A DNA stretch of 64,000 nucleotides, from the IMG/VR virus record IMGVR_UViG_3300048573_000442; one strand, 5' to 3'. A program made the translations under genes and the position numbers. The first letter of the stretch is position 1. Each line of letters starts with the position of its first letter. This DNA comes from a virus. The notes below the pieces were generated by a model, which worked only from the letters and a program-made list of their open reading frames with translations, had not been told where the DNA came from and did no database searches. Below, one piece after another: positions 27,551 through 37,301 of the stretch.

Positions 27551-29394
27551 AACTTCTTCTTTAAGCTTTGCTTGGTATCTGATTGCAAAATGTTTCTAAC
27601 ACTTGGGCGATGTGAACTATAATCTCCGCGCCGGTCAGTTTCCATGAATATCCAACGATTTTTGATCGCGGAGAATTTATAAAGCCTTGGCGGGATTTTT
27701 GTTTCAGGCGCATAATATAATCTGAAATAATCCCCGTCAGAAACCCCAGCGGCCTCTGGCAATTTATAACCTTCTCCATAAGGTTCACCATTACTTGGCA
27801 ACCCATCTTCAATATGTGGCCCCTGAGGTCCTGCCGGGAACGGCTGCTGGGCGACAGCTTCTGGCTGCCCTTTTGCATTTGCACTTGGCAATGCGGCCTT
27901 TAATGGCTGGCCGACAGTCACTATCAAATCATCTGACCCGACTTCTGGAACTGCATCTGCTGCAATTTTAATGATCTCTTCAGTTTGTGTTAACGGCGTA
28001 GTATCCAGCTGATTATTAAACTGCAGCAAATCATCTGACAGCAAATATTTTTGCGTGTTTAAAGAACCAAAAATATCGCGGGTTTCTTGTGATGGCAGTG
28101 CCTGTTGTGCCTGAAACCTATAAAGCATTGGTTGCCATTGTGGGCCAAAGCCTTCAGATGCCCATCCCGTATCAGTAACTTCTAAGAATTTTCTAACCGG
28201 ATTCAAATTGTGATCATACTGCATTTCAGGAACAACTTCAATAATGTCGCCGACGACTATTGGCCGCCCGAGTAATTGAACCATACTATTAAATGAAGCA
28301 GTAAAGGAATACTGATCTAATATATTAATGCCGAATCTGGACAAATCTGACGTTGAATCTGCAGGATTGAATTGAACTCTTAGGGTTATTGGCGAATCCG
28401 CATAATCTCTATCACGATTTTCGTTAAAAAACAGGTCTTGAATATTATTGATATCAGTGGGAACCGAATCTCTTACATCGAATTCTGAAACTTCCCAACT
28501 ACCTGTTCCCGTAAACATTGTCGGGACCACACGAACCGCATTTGCTAGCAGCGCCGATTTAAGCCCAAGTGTTTGTGGTAATGGCGACTGGACTAGATTA
28601 AAAATTCCGGCACGCTTCCACACATAATCGATTGCAACAGTAAACATATCGCCGATCGAATAGGGAGTAGAACCAGCAATAACCGAGAAATTCAAAATTG
28701 TGCTGTTAAATGCTTCGCCAACAGTCGCAAAGCCAAAGGTTCCAGGGATACCGCTAACAAAGACTTCAAATTCAAAAGAACTCACTGCTATAAGAGTTAC
28801 CGTGCATGGCGCTGCGTTGACACCAACTGACCTAATAGTTACCGACCCATTACCAATGCCAGAATAAAGCGGCTGTGCAACCGTGCATGAACCATCTGAT
28901 ATATCAAGGCGAACCTGTTTTGCCCATCTATTTGGATCAGTAGATTGAGTAAGCGCAACTGACCCTATTTCAAGCATTTTGGGCTTACTGGGAGCGTAAG
29001 CGGGTTGGCCATTATGCAACTTAAACCCGAAACTTGCGCCTATCCAGGATGATCCTGGCAGTCCAGGACCCTGCATAGAAGATCTCCAAGAACCGCCAGA
29101 ATTTATCCCTGCTAATGGGAACCCAGGATACGCAGACGTTGCGAATAGGGTTGATTCAGATAATAGTGAACCTTTGCCCTGTTCATGAACGCCAAGCAAC
29201 TTGTAAATGTTTATTGGCGCACCACTAATATTTAACACTTCAGCAACATAGGTTTCTTGGCGCTTCCGATCATTTAATTCACAAATATCTGGAACTAATG
29301 AATTTATTTGCCATGTCCCCACGCACAGCTCTTGCGCAACATATGGTGATGGTTGCGTTCCGCTGTTTATTGACCCGTTGCAATTATCTGGCAT
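27547..29394 (-). CDS. gp14: neck/head-closure protein gp14-like with insertion
   Basis: E.L.ISGAPINIY, DLFFNENRDRDY, LSRFGINI.D, GDII motifs; about 250-aa beta-rich insert. Confidence 0.7.
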   Translation of the reverse strand: MPDNCNGSINSGTQPSPYVAQELCVGTWQINSLVPDICELNDRKRQETYVAEVLNISGAPINIYKLLGVHEQGKGSLLSESTLFATSAYPGFPLAGINSGGSWRSSMQGPGLPGSSWIGASFGFKLHNGQPAYAPSKPKMLEIGSVALTQSTDPNRWAKQVRLDISDGSCTVAQPLYSGIGNGSVTIRSVGVNAAPCTVTLIAVSSFEFEVFVSGIPGTFGFATVGEAFNSTILNFSVIAGSTPYSIGDMFTVAIDYVWKRAGIFNLVQSPLPQTLGLKSALLANAVRVVPTMFTGTGSWEVSEFDVRDSVPTDINNIQDLFFNENRDRDYADSPITLRVQFNPADSTSDLSRFGINILDQYSFTASFNSMVQLLGRPIVVGDIIEVVPEMQYDHNLNPVRKFLEVTDTGWASEGFGPQWQPMLYRFQAQQALPSQETRDIFGSLNTQKYLLSDDLLQFNNQLDTTPLTQTEEIIKIAADAVPEVGSDDLIVTVGQPLKAALPSANAKGQPEAVAQQPFPAGPQGPHIEDGLPSNGEPYGEGYKLPEAAGVSDGDYFRLYYAPETKIPPRLYKFSAIKNRWIFMETDRRGDYSSHRPSVRNILQSDTKQSLKKKL

Positions 29395-29418
29395 AGTGTT
29401 CTACCCTATTTTGGGGTT

Positions 29419-29946
29419 TCATGTTAAATCGCTCGCTATTTCGTCTTCGACACTGCCGATTCCGTCAAGAGACGTCAAATTCGGATTCTTAGAACAATTA
29501 AAACTTCCACCTACTTTTCTAGGAGCGCCCCGTAAAGATGTTAATCGATTGCTATTGCACCAAAACCCGCCATTAACTTCTCTAGGTGCGCCTTGCAAAG
29601 AAGTCAAATTGTTGTTAGAGCAATCAAAATCCCCACTCACTTCTCTAGGAGCACCTTGTAAAGATGTCAATTGATTAGCAAAGCAATTAAAACCTCCACC
29701 CACTTCTTTAGGCGCTCCTTGTAAAGAAGTCAGATGGTTAGCAGAGCAATTAAAATCCCCATTTACTTCCCCGAATTTAACAGGAATAGCTGTCAGTTGT
29801 TGCCAATACAGATCCACGTCCCCGTCAACATCAACCGTCAAGTCGTTGTTGATAACGTAATGCTTGATTCGGTATTTTTCCAGTACCTCTTCTACTTCTT
29901 GTTTAGAAGTGGGAAAGTGCGATTCAAATAATTGTTTTAATTTCAT
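29419..29946 (-). CDS. LRR-like repeat protein 10 (5 repeats)
   Basis: MKLKQLFE leader, same caps and repeat. Confidence 0.9.
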   Translation of the reverse strand: MKLKQLFESHFPTSKQEVEEVLEKYRIKHYVINNDLTVDVDGDVDLYWQQLTAIPVKFGEVNGDFNCSANHLTSLQGAPKEVGGGFNCFANQLTSLQGAPREVSGDFDCSNNNLTSLQGAPREVNGGFWCNSNRLTSLRGAPRKVGGSFNCSKNPNLTSLDGIGSVEDEIASDLT

Positions 29947-29949
29947 GTT

Positions 29950-31818
29950 TTATCCCATTAAAAATGCGGTATTTTGCCATGTGACCCCACCATTACCGAC
30001 TTCATAATCCATCAATTGGCGAAGCAATTCTGTCTGTTTTTCCGAAGCCATATTCAGTAACGTATCCCCGTTCATAGTAATACCGCCATTAGGACCTGGT
30101 AACGTACCATATCGGGTTCTAATCAGACCGAGCATTTCTAACATTTCAGATTCTGCCCAACCTTGCAGCCATTGTTTACACCAGCGATCTAGCAACAGCT
30201 CTTGCTCAGTTCGTTCGATTGCAACTTCTAAAACCACACGTTCTTCATTATTAGTAAGATTGCGTAAAATGACAAGTTGTCGAGATGCTTCGTCCCAAGT
30301 GAACACTAAATTACCCGCGAAAATCTTTTCAAACTGTTCAGACATTTGGTGGAACAAATGTACAGCAGTCAAATCAACCATACCGCCTTGAAATAGCTGA
30401 TTAAAGAATACCTGTGCGTACATTCCGCGTTCTGCGGAAAGGTTTGTTAACCCCATCATATTCACGCGATGAACTTTTATAACGTTGACAATTCGATCAG
30501 TTTTATTCCTAGGGTCATTCAAATAATAAACTGATTGCCCCTTTTTAAGGGAGATGGAAATGTGCCGGTGCGCATAGGCATTATCTGCACGTTGTCTAAA
30601 TGTTTCAAGCGCGTTATCTACCGCAATTTGAAATTGTTCTTCTGCTAATTCGACACATGTTTGGGGGTAACCTAATTGATGCTTGAGAACATTGATCAAA
30701 CGTAAACGCTCATCTTGTGTTCCATCTGTTCCTACGCCTATACGATCCGTTGTTGGGGAGCCCTCGCTATCAGTATCGGCCTTAACCCAGCTGGTTCCGT
30801 CCCATGCTAACAGATCACGTTTTGCAGAGTTGTAGAAAAAATCACCGACATCTGGTTTTACCGGATCTTCTTGGCCTGCAGGGGTATCTGATAATAACCC
30901 GTTCTCCCAATTTACTCCATCGCTAGTTATTTGAATGAGGTTGCCAGAAAGATCGAACCAGCCTCCCAAAGTAAAAACCTTCAGTTTTATTGTTCCTGGG
31001 CCTCCGTGTGTTGCTCTGGTGTAAAAACAAATTACTTGCCCGACAGATGGAACCGCTGGATAATCGGGAACAGTATTTGCACTAGAAAATGGTGCCCAAC
31101 TTGCACCCATTTTGATTCTAGTGTTTGCTGAATTACAAGCACTCCATGCCCCATTCGAAAAGAATTTCAAATCGTTTTCAGTGGTATTAAAGAATATAGA
31201 ATTCTGTGAAATCAGCGGCGCATTGCCAGTCTGTATCACTTTATCACCAGCGTTGACCCATACCTGTGCAACATCATTCCATGCAAATACAGTATTTGCA
31301 GCAGGGTCATAATAGACTTGACCGCTATAAGGATTTTCAGGTGCAATACTTGAACGGGGTATTGCACCTGCATATGTTTGAGAATCCTTTTCGAACCTTG
31401 ATGATTCTAGCGGATATGATTGTTTACCAATTGTAAAGTACTGGAGAATATTAGAAGCGACATGAATAGAAGCGTAGTAAATCTTATTGTCGTCAATATT
31501 AAAAACTTCTACTGAAGTCTGCGTGGTGTTGTCGCCAAAAAAACCGTAAAACGCTGCAACTACTTTACTGTTCCCGACCGTATCGGATGGGAGCGCCCAA
31601 TCGGTTGAAGCGCTATATCTAACGCCGTCCTCTGGAAACTCTGTCGATGAAAACTTTTGCTCTGATAAAAGAACAACCGCGCCATTATAGGCGACAATTG
31701 GACTTGGCAAATTCCAAGTCAATCTGATTGAAGTCGGAGAAGTTTTAATTGCGGATATATTAACCTGGCGGCCATCAATCCACAGTTGATGAGTCGTCAT
31801 TTGAGTTTGATCTGGCAT
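29950..31818 (-). CDS. gp13: neck protein gp13-like with long N-terminal extension
   Basis: C-terminal LG.P...VEL.EEQF..AVDNALE.F, W...W..A....LG.IR..Y..LPGP.GG..NG; promoter at 31848-31855. Confidence 0.8.
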   Translation of the reverse strand: MPDQTQMTTHQLWIDGRQVNISAIKTSPTSIRLTWNLPSPIVAYNGAVVLLSEQKFSSTEFPEDGVRYSASTDWALPSDTVGNSKVVAAFYGFFGDNTTQTSVEVFNIDDNKIYYASIHVASNILQYFTIGKQSYPLESSRFEKDSQTYAGAIPRSSIAPENPYSGQVYYDPAANTVFAWNDVAQVWVNAGDKVIQTGNAPLISQNSIFFNTTENDLKFFSNGAWSACNSANTRIKMGASWAPFSSANTVPDYPAVPSVGQVICFYTRATHGGPGTIKLKVFTLGGWFDLSGNLIQITSDGVNWENGLLSDTPAGQEDPVKPDVGDFFYNSAKRDLLAWDGTSWVKADTDSEGSPTTDRIGVGTDGTQDERLRLINVLKHQLGYPQTCVELAEEQFQIAVDNALETFRQRADNAYAHRHISISLKKGQSVYYLNDPRNKTDRIVNVIKVHRVNMMGLTNLSAERGMYAQVFFNQLFQGGMVDLTAVHLFHQMSEQFEKIFAGNLVFTWDEASRQLVILRNLTNNEERVVLEVAIERTEQELLLDRWCKQWLQGWAESEMLEMLGLIRTRYGTLPGPNGGITMNGDTLLNMASEKQTELLRQLMDYEVGNGGVTWQNTAFLMG

Positions 31819-31859
31819 CTCTAATTCCCTATAACAAAATATATGGCTATTTATGAAAA

Positions 31860-32732
31860 TTAGTCAACTGGGCAACCAGCAATCATCCAATCATGAAGAT
31901 GCCTATCAAGGCAGATTTTCGGTTTCCAATTGGGCGGATTCTCAAACGTGTTCTCACTGCTTAAAGATGCTCCGCTAGATCGATTTTCTATTCTTACCCC
32001 TGTAAAGTGCAAACCTTCTATGATTTTGTCATATGGGACCAAAGGACTAGTGTTCGACGAATCAAATACTAGTCCTTTAACTTCATCAAAAATGAGATGT
32101 TTTATGCACCGTACAGCATCAAAGACGTGTACATATTGCTGCACATTGGTATTGCATTTGGTCAAATCAACTGTTTCGCCATTAATGATAGCGTTTTTGA
32201 TTTGCCAGGTTATCGATGTTGGACGATTAAGCCTGAGTTCTCCAGGCCCAAACACATGAACCATCCTAAGAATTTTGGCATCTATATGATGTTCGTCTAC
32301 ATAGAACTTGACTAGCTGCTCGCTTTGGTTTAAGTCTAGCTGCGCATGTGGATATAATGAAGCAGATGGCAAAACTACCAAGATAGGGGTTTTAGAGATA
32401 CGCGAATATTCCAAAATAGAAATCAGCGTCCTATAATTGGCAGCTATTTCTGAAGCGTCAAAAACTGGCGAATCTATATGACCGTGTGCTAAATGTACTA
32501 CATGATCAAATTGAGTTGCGAGCCCTAAAACATCTGCCAAATTTGGAAGATTAAAATACATCTGTTGCTGAAGAAAGAAAAGCTCACATTCCTGTGGATA
32601 AAAAACCTGAGCCATACACGCTGGCTTAGAATTCCTATCTACCACAGTAACATGAGCTTTGTCTTCTAACAAACTAGAAACTAGTTGTTGGCCAATATAT
32701 CCTTGGCCACCCGTGATCAGGATTGATTTCAT
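31860..32732 (-). CDS. NAD-dependent epimerase/dehydratase (extended SDR)
   Basis: ILITGGQGYIG, VVHLA, LR..HVFGPG, YVHV.D. Confidence 0.8.
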   Translation of the reverse strand: MKSILITGGQGYIGQQLVSSLLEDKAHVTVVDRNSKPACMAQVFYPQECELFFLQQQMYFNLPNLADVLGLATQFDHVVHLAHGHIDSPVFDASEIAANYRTLISILEYSRISKTPILVVLPSASLYPHAQLDLNQSEQLVKFYVDEHHIDAKILRMVHVFGPGELRLNRPTSITWQIKNAIINGETVDLTKCNTNVQQYVHVFDAVRCIKHLIFDEVKGLVFDSSNTSPLVPYDKIIEGLHFTGVRIENRSSGASLSSENTFENPPNWKPKICLDRHLHDWMIAGCPVD

Positions 32733-32801
32733 TCGTCCTCATAAGTGGTTGTTTATTAACACTTATTTATTAAGTCGGATATGTCCATGCGTCTGGCATT
32801 T

Positions 32802-33145
32802 TTACATTTCACGGTCCGCACTGTATACGGTTCCTGAACAGATCTGATAAATTGCGTTTAATGCGAACGATGCGTTTGTTAGATCTTGTCTTATTTCAAA
32901 AATTATGTCGTGGACATTGTTCGAATCGAAATCTTCAACAAAAGCTTCTGCGGCATCTCGGTCAAACACGGCTATAAACTTTTTAAATCGATAGAGTCAG
33001 TAAACTTTTGGATTTTGTCAAGTTCCCCGTCAATATCTGTAAATTTTTCTTGCATCCTAGCTTGAAAATTTGCATTATTTCTTAAATCAGCATTTTCAGA
33101 TATTGTTGCTAATCCAGCAAGTTTGCGCAATTTGTTTTGGTCCCT
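32802..33145 (-). pseudogene. disrupted gene with N-terminal LRKLAG motif
   Basis: AAGGAA SD, then AGG (no ATG) GAC CAA AAC AAA TTG CGC AAA CTT GCT GGA = DQNKLRKLAG; one-base frameshift in the A5 run at 32980-32984 joins to an open frame ending TAA at 32802. Confidence 0.55.
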
Positions 33146-33402
33146 TTCGTTTCCTTAAATAGTTTGGCTAATGTAGCCATTTATGTTTAAGACGCTTTAT
33201 CTTTTCAATCTATGCAATGGAACAATAAAAACGACCCGTCGCCGCGATCAACTTCCAAACAATCGGCCCCATCTACTGAATACTGTTGCCACTTATTTAA
33301 TTTCGGAAGTATCGTACCCTTCGCAATTAACATTTTTATGGTTCCTCTATGCCTAATAACTGCATCATCTGTAAACTCGATACGCTCACCAACTTTGAAT
33401 TC

Positions 33403-33888
33403 TTAAAGTGAATATCCCATTTTCAATTCATCTTTTAGAACGCCTTCAATTTTGACATGTTTTGATGCGTCAAAAACTGCCAAAGACAATGATGACCCCG
33501 AATTAAAATCATTAGGGTCGTAATCTTCTATATAAGAGCCATCAAATCCGGCTTCGACCATCAGGGATAAAAAAGATCTTACTTCGCCCTCATCAAATTC
33601 TCCAACATTTTCGTCGAACATTGAATACAAAAAGTCCTCATCCGGCCAGATGCGTTTTGCAATATTTTCCGCCTGTTTTATAGATGCAATTTTCCCCCCA
33701 GTGAACCGACAGATATACGTTATCTGTTTATCGTTATTTTCTTTGCCAGATTTGTGCCAACCTAAAGCATCTGCCTTATTTAGAGAAAACCATGCAATAC
33801 CAGCCTTAAAAATACTAAATTTTTCTGTTGATGAATGATAAATTTTCTTTGTAAATGCCTCTGTGAATATTAATTCTTTTAATAGCAT
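33403..33888 (-). CDS. putative His-type ADP-ribosyltransferase-like protein
   Basis: MLLKELIFTE leader; IYHSS..F..F..GIAWFS.NK..A, ending SLAVFD. Confidence 0.45.
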   Translation of the reverse strand: MLLKELIFTEAFTKKIYHSSTEKFSIFKAGIAWFSLNKADALGWHKSGKENNDKQITYICRFTGGKIASIKQAENIAKRIWPDEDFLYSMFDENVGEFDEGEVRSFLSLMVEAGFDGSYIEDYDPNDFNSGSSLSLAVFDASKHVKIEGVLKDELKMGYSL

Positions 33889-33947
33889 GGTGCCCTCGAC
33901 GTCAGATGTGGAAATTTTTAACCCATGTCTATTTACTCTCGAATAGA

Positions 33948-34220
33948 CTAATTTAAATATTCTGACAACACGTCAATTTTGAATTCTAGTTGAACTTTTT
34001 GAACTCGAAGACTCTTAACAGCCTCGACACAAATATCATTACTATGCGTTCGGGCAGCATTCGCAAATACATTTGACTGTGTCGCATGCGCGATAGCTGC
34101 AGAAATCAATCGATGCTCCGCAATCAATTTGTCTTTATAGTCGTGAGAAAATATTTCCATATGTTTTGGTATTTTTATAGGTTTGTGTTTATTAAAGAAG
34201 CTTTTAAAAAATTTCAGCAT
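33948..34220 (-). CDS. hypothetical protein
   Basis: Likely start MLKFFKSFF at 34220, overlapping the upstream stop. Confidence 0.55.
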   Translation of the reverse strand: MLKFFKSFFNKHKPIKIPKHMEIFSHDYKDKLIAEHRLISAAIAHATQSNVFANAARTHSNDICVEAVKSLRVQKVQLEFKIDVLSEYLN

Positions 34221-34863
34221 AGTGTCCCAGAAGTCGAGCATCGTATTGGTACTTTCGCTTATTCGGCACTTTTTGTGATTGGATAATTTCTGGCAAAATT
34301 TTATCCTTCTGCTTAATAAATCCATCAATAAACCATTGTGGAATCTCTCGCTGCTTCCATCTTGCAAAGCGCCACTTTTCAGAAACGTAATAATCTCGAT
34401 ACGATTGCATTACGTCACTAGGGATATATTTATCAGGCATTGCTGGAGTCGGCGGCGTGAACACTCCGGCCTTAATATTTTTTGGCGAATTTTTCAAAAA
34501 CGGAATAAGCTGTTCACATGCGTGAATTTTTCCATAACGACGCGTATACTCTTTCGCCATTTCCACAAATAACTGAAAATGCCAGTCATAGTTCTCCTTG
34601 CACTTCATTGTCCACACAGTAGATGGATGCGAAGGATGCGCAACCTGATAACAAACTGGCTGCAAAATGGTATTGCTAGCAGAATCATACTCTTCGCCAG
34701 GCAAAACAAATTTTGGCTTTTTGTTACCTGTTTTTACCCCATCCAAAATACGGTGGGCGGTCGACAGCATTTGTGCCGACTCGGTGACCATTTTGACGAC
34801 ATGCCGGTCTATGAGCGAAACCGCAATATCCGCTGGAGTTTCATCGATGTAAAAAATATTCAT
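34204..34863 (-). CDS. pyrimidine dimer DNA glycosylase family protein
   Basis: MNIFY.D..P......D.HVVKM..ESAQMLSTAHR, HP.HPST.W, EYT.RYGK.H, AMPD.Y, YR.YY. Confidence 0.8.
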   Translation of the reverse strand: MNIFYIDETPADIAVSLIDRHVVKMVTESAQMLSTAHRILDGVKTGNKKPKFVLPGEEYDSASNTILQPVCYQVAHPSHPSTVWTMKCKENYDWHFQLFVEMAKEYTRRYGKIHACEQLIPFLKNSPKNIKAGVFTPPTPAMPDKYIPSDVMQSYRDYYVSEKWRFARWKQREIPQWFIDGFIKQKDKILPEIIQSQKVPNKRKYQYDARLLGHYAEIF

Positions 34864-35264
34864 GCTGCGAGAGCTTCCAGTTTTTCAAAGTCTTTATCAA
34901 TGCTTCCGCGGCCTTTCTTACGATCTGTGGCTTTATACTTGATCAGCTTTTCGAGCTGCTCAAGTGCTTCGTACTTGGTAGGGAAGTTCCACTCTTTTTC
35001 TTCTTTCCAATCTTTTGCAAGGGAAATAACCCGCCAGCCTTCAGTTGCGTGCTCTTCTACTTTGTAGAATTTTTTGACTGCTTCCCACCAGTCTGAACCA
35101 GCGAACTTAGAATCCAGCGAATCTTGTGTACGCTTGAACTGCTCGTCCATGAGAGCATTTGCGATGCTCAATACTTTTGCCAGAAGCTCAGCGCTGGCAT
35201 TCGACCGCTTCAGCGAGTTAAAACGTTCAAAAGCTTCAGCTGCGGTTTCTTTTTTAAGCTTCAT
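34860..35264 (-). CDS. hypothetical protein
   Basis: 134-aa ORF with upstream GGAG and ATGA coupling. Confidence 0.7.
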   Translation of the reverse strand: MKLKKETAAEAFERFNSLKRSNASAELLAKVLSIANALMDEQFKRTQDSLDSKFAGSDWWEAVKKFYKVEEHATEGWRVISLAKDWKEEKEWNFPTKYEALEQLEKLIKYKATDRKKGRGSIDKDFEKLEALAA

Positions 35265-35339
35265 ATTAAGCTCCGTTAAGTTGGTATGAAGTTATTGTAC
35301 CGCAAAAGAGGCACATTTTTCGCTAGTGCGTAAAACTTT

Positions 35340-36845
35340 TTATGAAACCTGACAAACAAAATTGATAGTCCCAGCATCAAAAATCTGGTAGAACCCCAAC
35401 TCCTTGTTCCATTGTTCTTCTGTCATTACTGTGCCGGCAGGTTTTCTTCTGCTAAGCCTATGAACTCTAGAAGTCAAATCTGTGTACGAATAGCCAACAG
35501 AGCTCTCGGCGTACACAGCGAACCCATTTGCCAAGTAAACATTTTTAAAAGGATTCGCCCATCGCAAATCTGCCCAAGAGTAAACCTTCTGAATGTTCAT
35601 GACTTTGCACACATGTTTTAACAGCTTAGAGAATGCGCCAGGAATTCTACCACTTGACGCAAACCGTACCAACTCAACAGCACCATCTTCTTTCTTCTGG
35701 TTCATAGCTGCACGCTTCTGTTGAAATGTCATTACTGCGACAACATTGCCATCCTTCTTAAGGGCAAAATTAAACTTCGTTCCAGCTCCACTACCCTGTA
35801 AATGATTATCATTTAAAAATGCTGAAGCTTCTTTAAACGGAATCGATTCAATAATACACTGCCTAGCATACGCTAATGTTATCCCCGAACCTAATAGAGA
35901 CAGCAGCCGCGATTTAACAATGTCCTGCTTTTGTAGCCACTCATCTTCGAAAATTTGAATCAAATGAATTCCTCTATCCCGACACAATTCGTATTTCAAT
36001 CGATGCTTGCCTTTAGGGTAATCCATTGCACCAGAATGCCAATATAGCCCGTGGTATTCGATTGCAATCTTCCTAACACCGTCATAGAAATCAAGCTCTA
36101 ACCCGCCAGGTAAAATTCCTTTGCAATGTCTTTGGAAATGTATTCCATTAGCTATAAGAAATTCATTAATGTGTTCTTCTGCTTCTGAAGTACCATTTAG
36201 CGGAGGATGACACGTATGACAGATGGTAGGTCCCCAAGAATGCTTTTTAAATGTTTGCAAATGCCTTGTAACAACTCCGTTACACTTGCAACAAGTCGCA
36301 CTGACTTTAATCTTCTGTTCATCAATAAAAACATTACAGTCTTTCGCCCAAGAACTTATTAGTCGCGGAACCTCTTCAGTAATTTTGTCCCAATTTTCAC
36401 TTTTCCTTTCAGCGCCTAATTCTGTTAGATGCTCAAGCTGATTCGAATAACGTGCTGAATCTTTATAAGGCGGACGTTCATTCTCTGCGTAGTACGCCTG
36501 TAAAGCGGCAGAAAGATTTCTTTTATTCTGCTCTGTGACATTACGTTTGCGACCAATATTTGATTGTCCTGCAACAAGCGCGTTCTTCGAACTTGCTCTC
36601 CTCTGTGCATCAGTTCTAACTGGCGGTTCGTTCTTTAATTTTTCACTAATTTTTGCTTTCGTCTCATCTGACATGGGAGAACGGGATTTAACAGCTTGAC
36701 CAAGTTTCAGTTTCGTCTCAGCAGATGCGCCTAAAGGACCATCAGGATAAAGCTCAAGATACTGATCCTTCGTTAAAGAATGCTTCTTTAAGTGCTGAGA
36801 ATCAATTTTCTTGAATTGTTGTTTACAGATTGGGCATGTTAGCAT
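35340..36845 (-). CDS. free-standing homing endonuclease (Zn finger + NUMOD3-like + PD-(D/E)XK, Hef-like)
   Basis: CPICK...HLKKH, SDETKAKIS repeats, ELDFY..IAIEYHGLYWH, IFEDEW, YSWAD.RW, FD.G. Confidence 0.75.
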   Translation of the reverse strand: MLTCPICKQQFKKIDSQHLKKHSLTKDQYLELYPDGPLGASAETKLKLGQAVKSRSPMSDETKAKISEKLKNEPPVRTDAQRRASSKNALVAGQSNIGRKRNVTEQNKRNLSAALQAYYAENERPPYKDSARYSNQLEHLTELGAERKSENWDKITEEVPRLISSWAKDCNVFIDEQKIKVSATCCKCNGVVTRHLQTFKKHSWGPTICHTCHPPLNGTSEAEEHINEFLIANGIHFQRHCKGILPGGLELDFYDGVRKIAIEYHGLYWHSGAMDYPKGKHRLKYELCRDRGIHLIQIFEDEWLQKQDIVKSRLLSLLGSGITLAYARQCIIESIPFKEASAFLNDNHLQGSGAGTKFNFALKKDGNVVAVMTFQQKRAAMNQKKEDGAVELVRFASSGRIPGAFSKLLKHVCKVMNIQKVYSWADLRWANPFKNVYLANGFAVYAESSVGYSYTDLTSRVHRLSRRKPAGTVMTEEQWNKELGFYQIFDAGTINFVCQVS

Positions 36846-36862
36846 GATGCGATTGTACCATG

Positions 36863-36888
36863 AAAAATGGTGTCCCGAAGAACACCAT
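36863..36888 (-). terminator. terminator with cUUCGg loop
   Basis: Minus strand atggtgttc-TTCG-ggacaccat-TTTT. Confidence 0.6.
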
Positions 36889-36922
36889 ACAAAATTAACT
36901 TCTTATTAGCCGTGAGAACTTT

Positions 36923-37243
36923 TTAATCTACAAACAACATAATTTCATCCAAAGGCAGGCGCAGTATCGAAGCTACTTCTTCTGGAGACGTGCCGTTTTT
37001 AAGAAGCTCAAATAATTCTTGAGCTTCGGAATCAGTAATTTTAGAAGTTTTTGGCATTTTTTTAAATTGATCTATCTGGCCGAAATCTACATTGGTAGTA
37101 CCGCCATCTTGGAATTTAACAGCATAATACTCCCACGCCTTATTCACTGAGGCCACGGTTCCAATTTTCCCCTTTGCCAAAAGGATTACCTTATCACCCT
37201 TTTTAAAAGGGGTTGCAGCATTAAGCGTTTCTAGTAAGTTCAT
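36923..37243 (-). CDS. hypothetical protein with SH3/KOW-like N-terminus
   Basis: FKKGDKV...GTV; TATAAATA at 37274-37281. Confidence 0.65.
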   Translation of the reverse strand: MNLLETLNAATPFKKGDKVILLAKGKIGTVASVNKAWEYYAVKFQDGGTTNVDFGQIDQFKKMPKTSKITDSEAQELFELLKNGTSPEEVASILRLPLDEIMLFVD

Positions 37244-37301
37244 AATTGATCCTTCATATGGATTATAAAGCCGTATTTATATAGGAGCTTTTAATCAAGT
37301 G

